Source of the DNA: Vezdaea acicularis
Taxonomy: Eukaryota
DNA length: 20,000 bases
Assembly: GCA_026025075.1 (NCBI GenBank)
Contig: JAPEUI010000020.1
Span: 184,235 to 204,234 of the forward strand
Direction: 5' to 3'
Part shown: in pieces, positions 19,916 to 20,000 of the stretch
Position numbering within the stretch: the first letter of the stretch is position 1
Layout: the number at the start of each line of letters is the position of its first letter
Notes under the pieces: model-generated
Seen by the model: only the letters and a program-made list of their open reading frames with translations
What the model was told of the DNA's origin: nothing
Databases searched by the model: none
Program-made: the position numbers and the translations under genes

Positions 19916-20000
19916 ATGACGGCGCCATTAGGAATACGTCGATCCGATTCTCGTAGGTCGCGACGATCGCGATCTCCCGAAGTACGGCCTCCATCATCAC
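19916..20000 (+). CDS. Probable 5' end of the next gene (Arg/Ser-rich N-terminus), product unknown
   Basis: ACAATG context; open to the window end as MTAPLGIRRSDSRRSRRSRSPEVRPPSS; preceded by a CT-rich/poly-C promoter-like tract (~19720-19830). Confidence 0.45.
   Translation, partial: MTAPLGIRRSDSRRSRRSRSPEVRPPSS

Noticed and set aside
1..20000. CRISPR arrays, transposase/RT genes, LTRs, rRNA
   Set aside because: No spaced direct repeats, terminal repeats or mobile-element coding motifs were seen; the sequence is eukaryotic housekeeping context.

Overview
Gene-dense filamentous-ascomycete (Pezizomycotina-type) genomic DNA with short GT-AG introns (about 47-67 nt) carrying CTRAY branch points. 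Conserved genes in order: partial VanZ-like membrane protein (-), SAGA subunit Spt7 (+), a DNA ligase I paralog of Adl1/'Lig3' type (-), RINT-1/Tip20 (+), Ymc1-type mitochondrial carrier (+), mitoribosomal uS2m/Mrp4 (-), CBS-domain Sds23 (+), and the probable start of an RS-rich ORF at the right edge. The most interesting part is the ~3 kb gap between SPT7 and the ligase. It holds a candidate ~112-nt structured RNA polymerase III gene (TATA at -30, internal A-box, closed multi-stem fold, T5 terminator, downstream B-box) that matches no RNA family I recognise. It also holds a 70-aa Myb/SANT-like microprotein ORF with its own TATA/CT-rich promoter, a degenerate Zn2Cys6-like ORF and two G-quadruplex tracts. 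A truncated F-box-like ORF lies between YMC1 and MRP4. All exon models were built by hand from splice signals and frame continuity; no database search was run.
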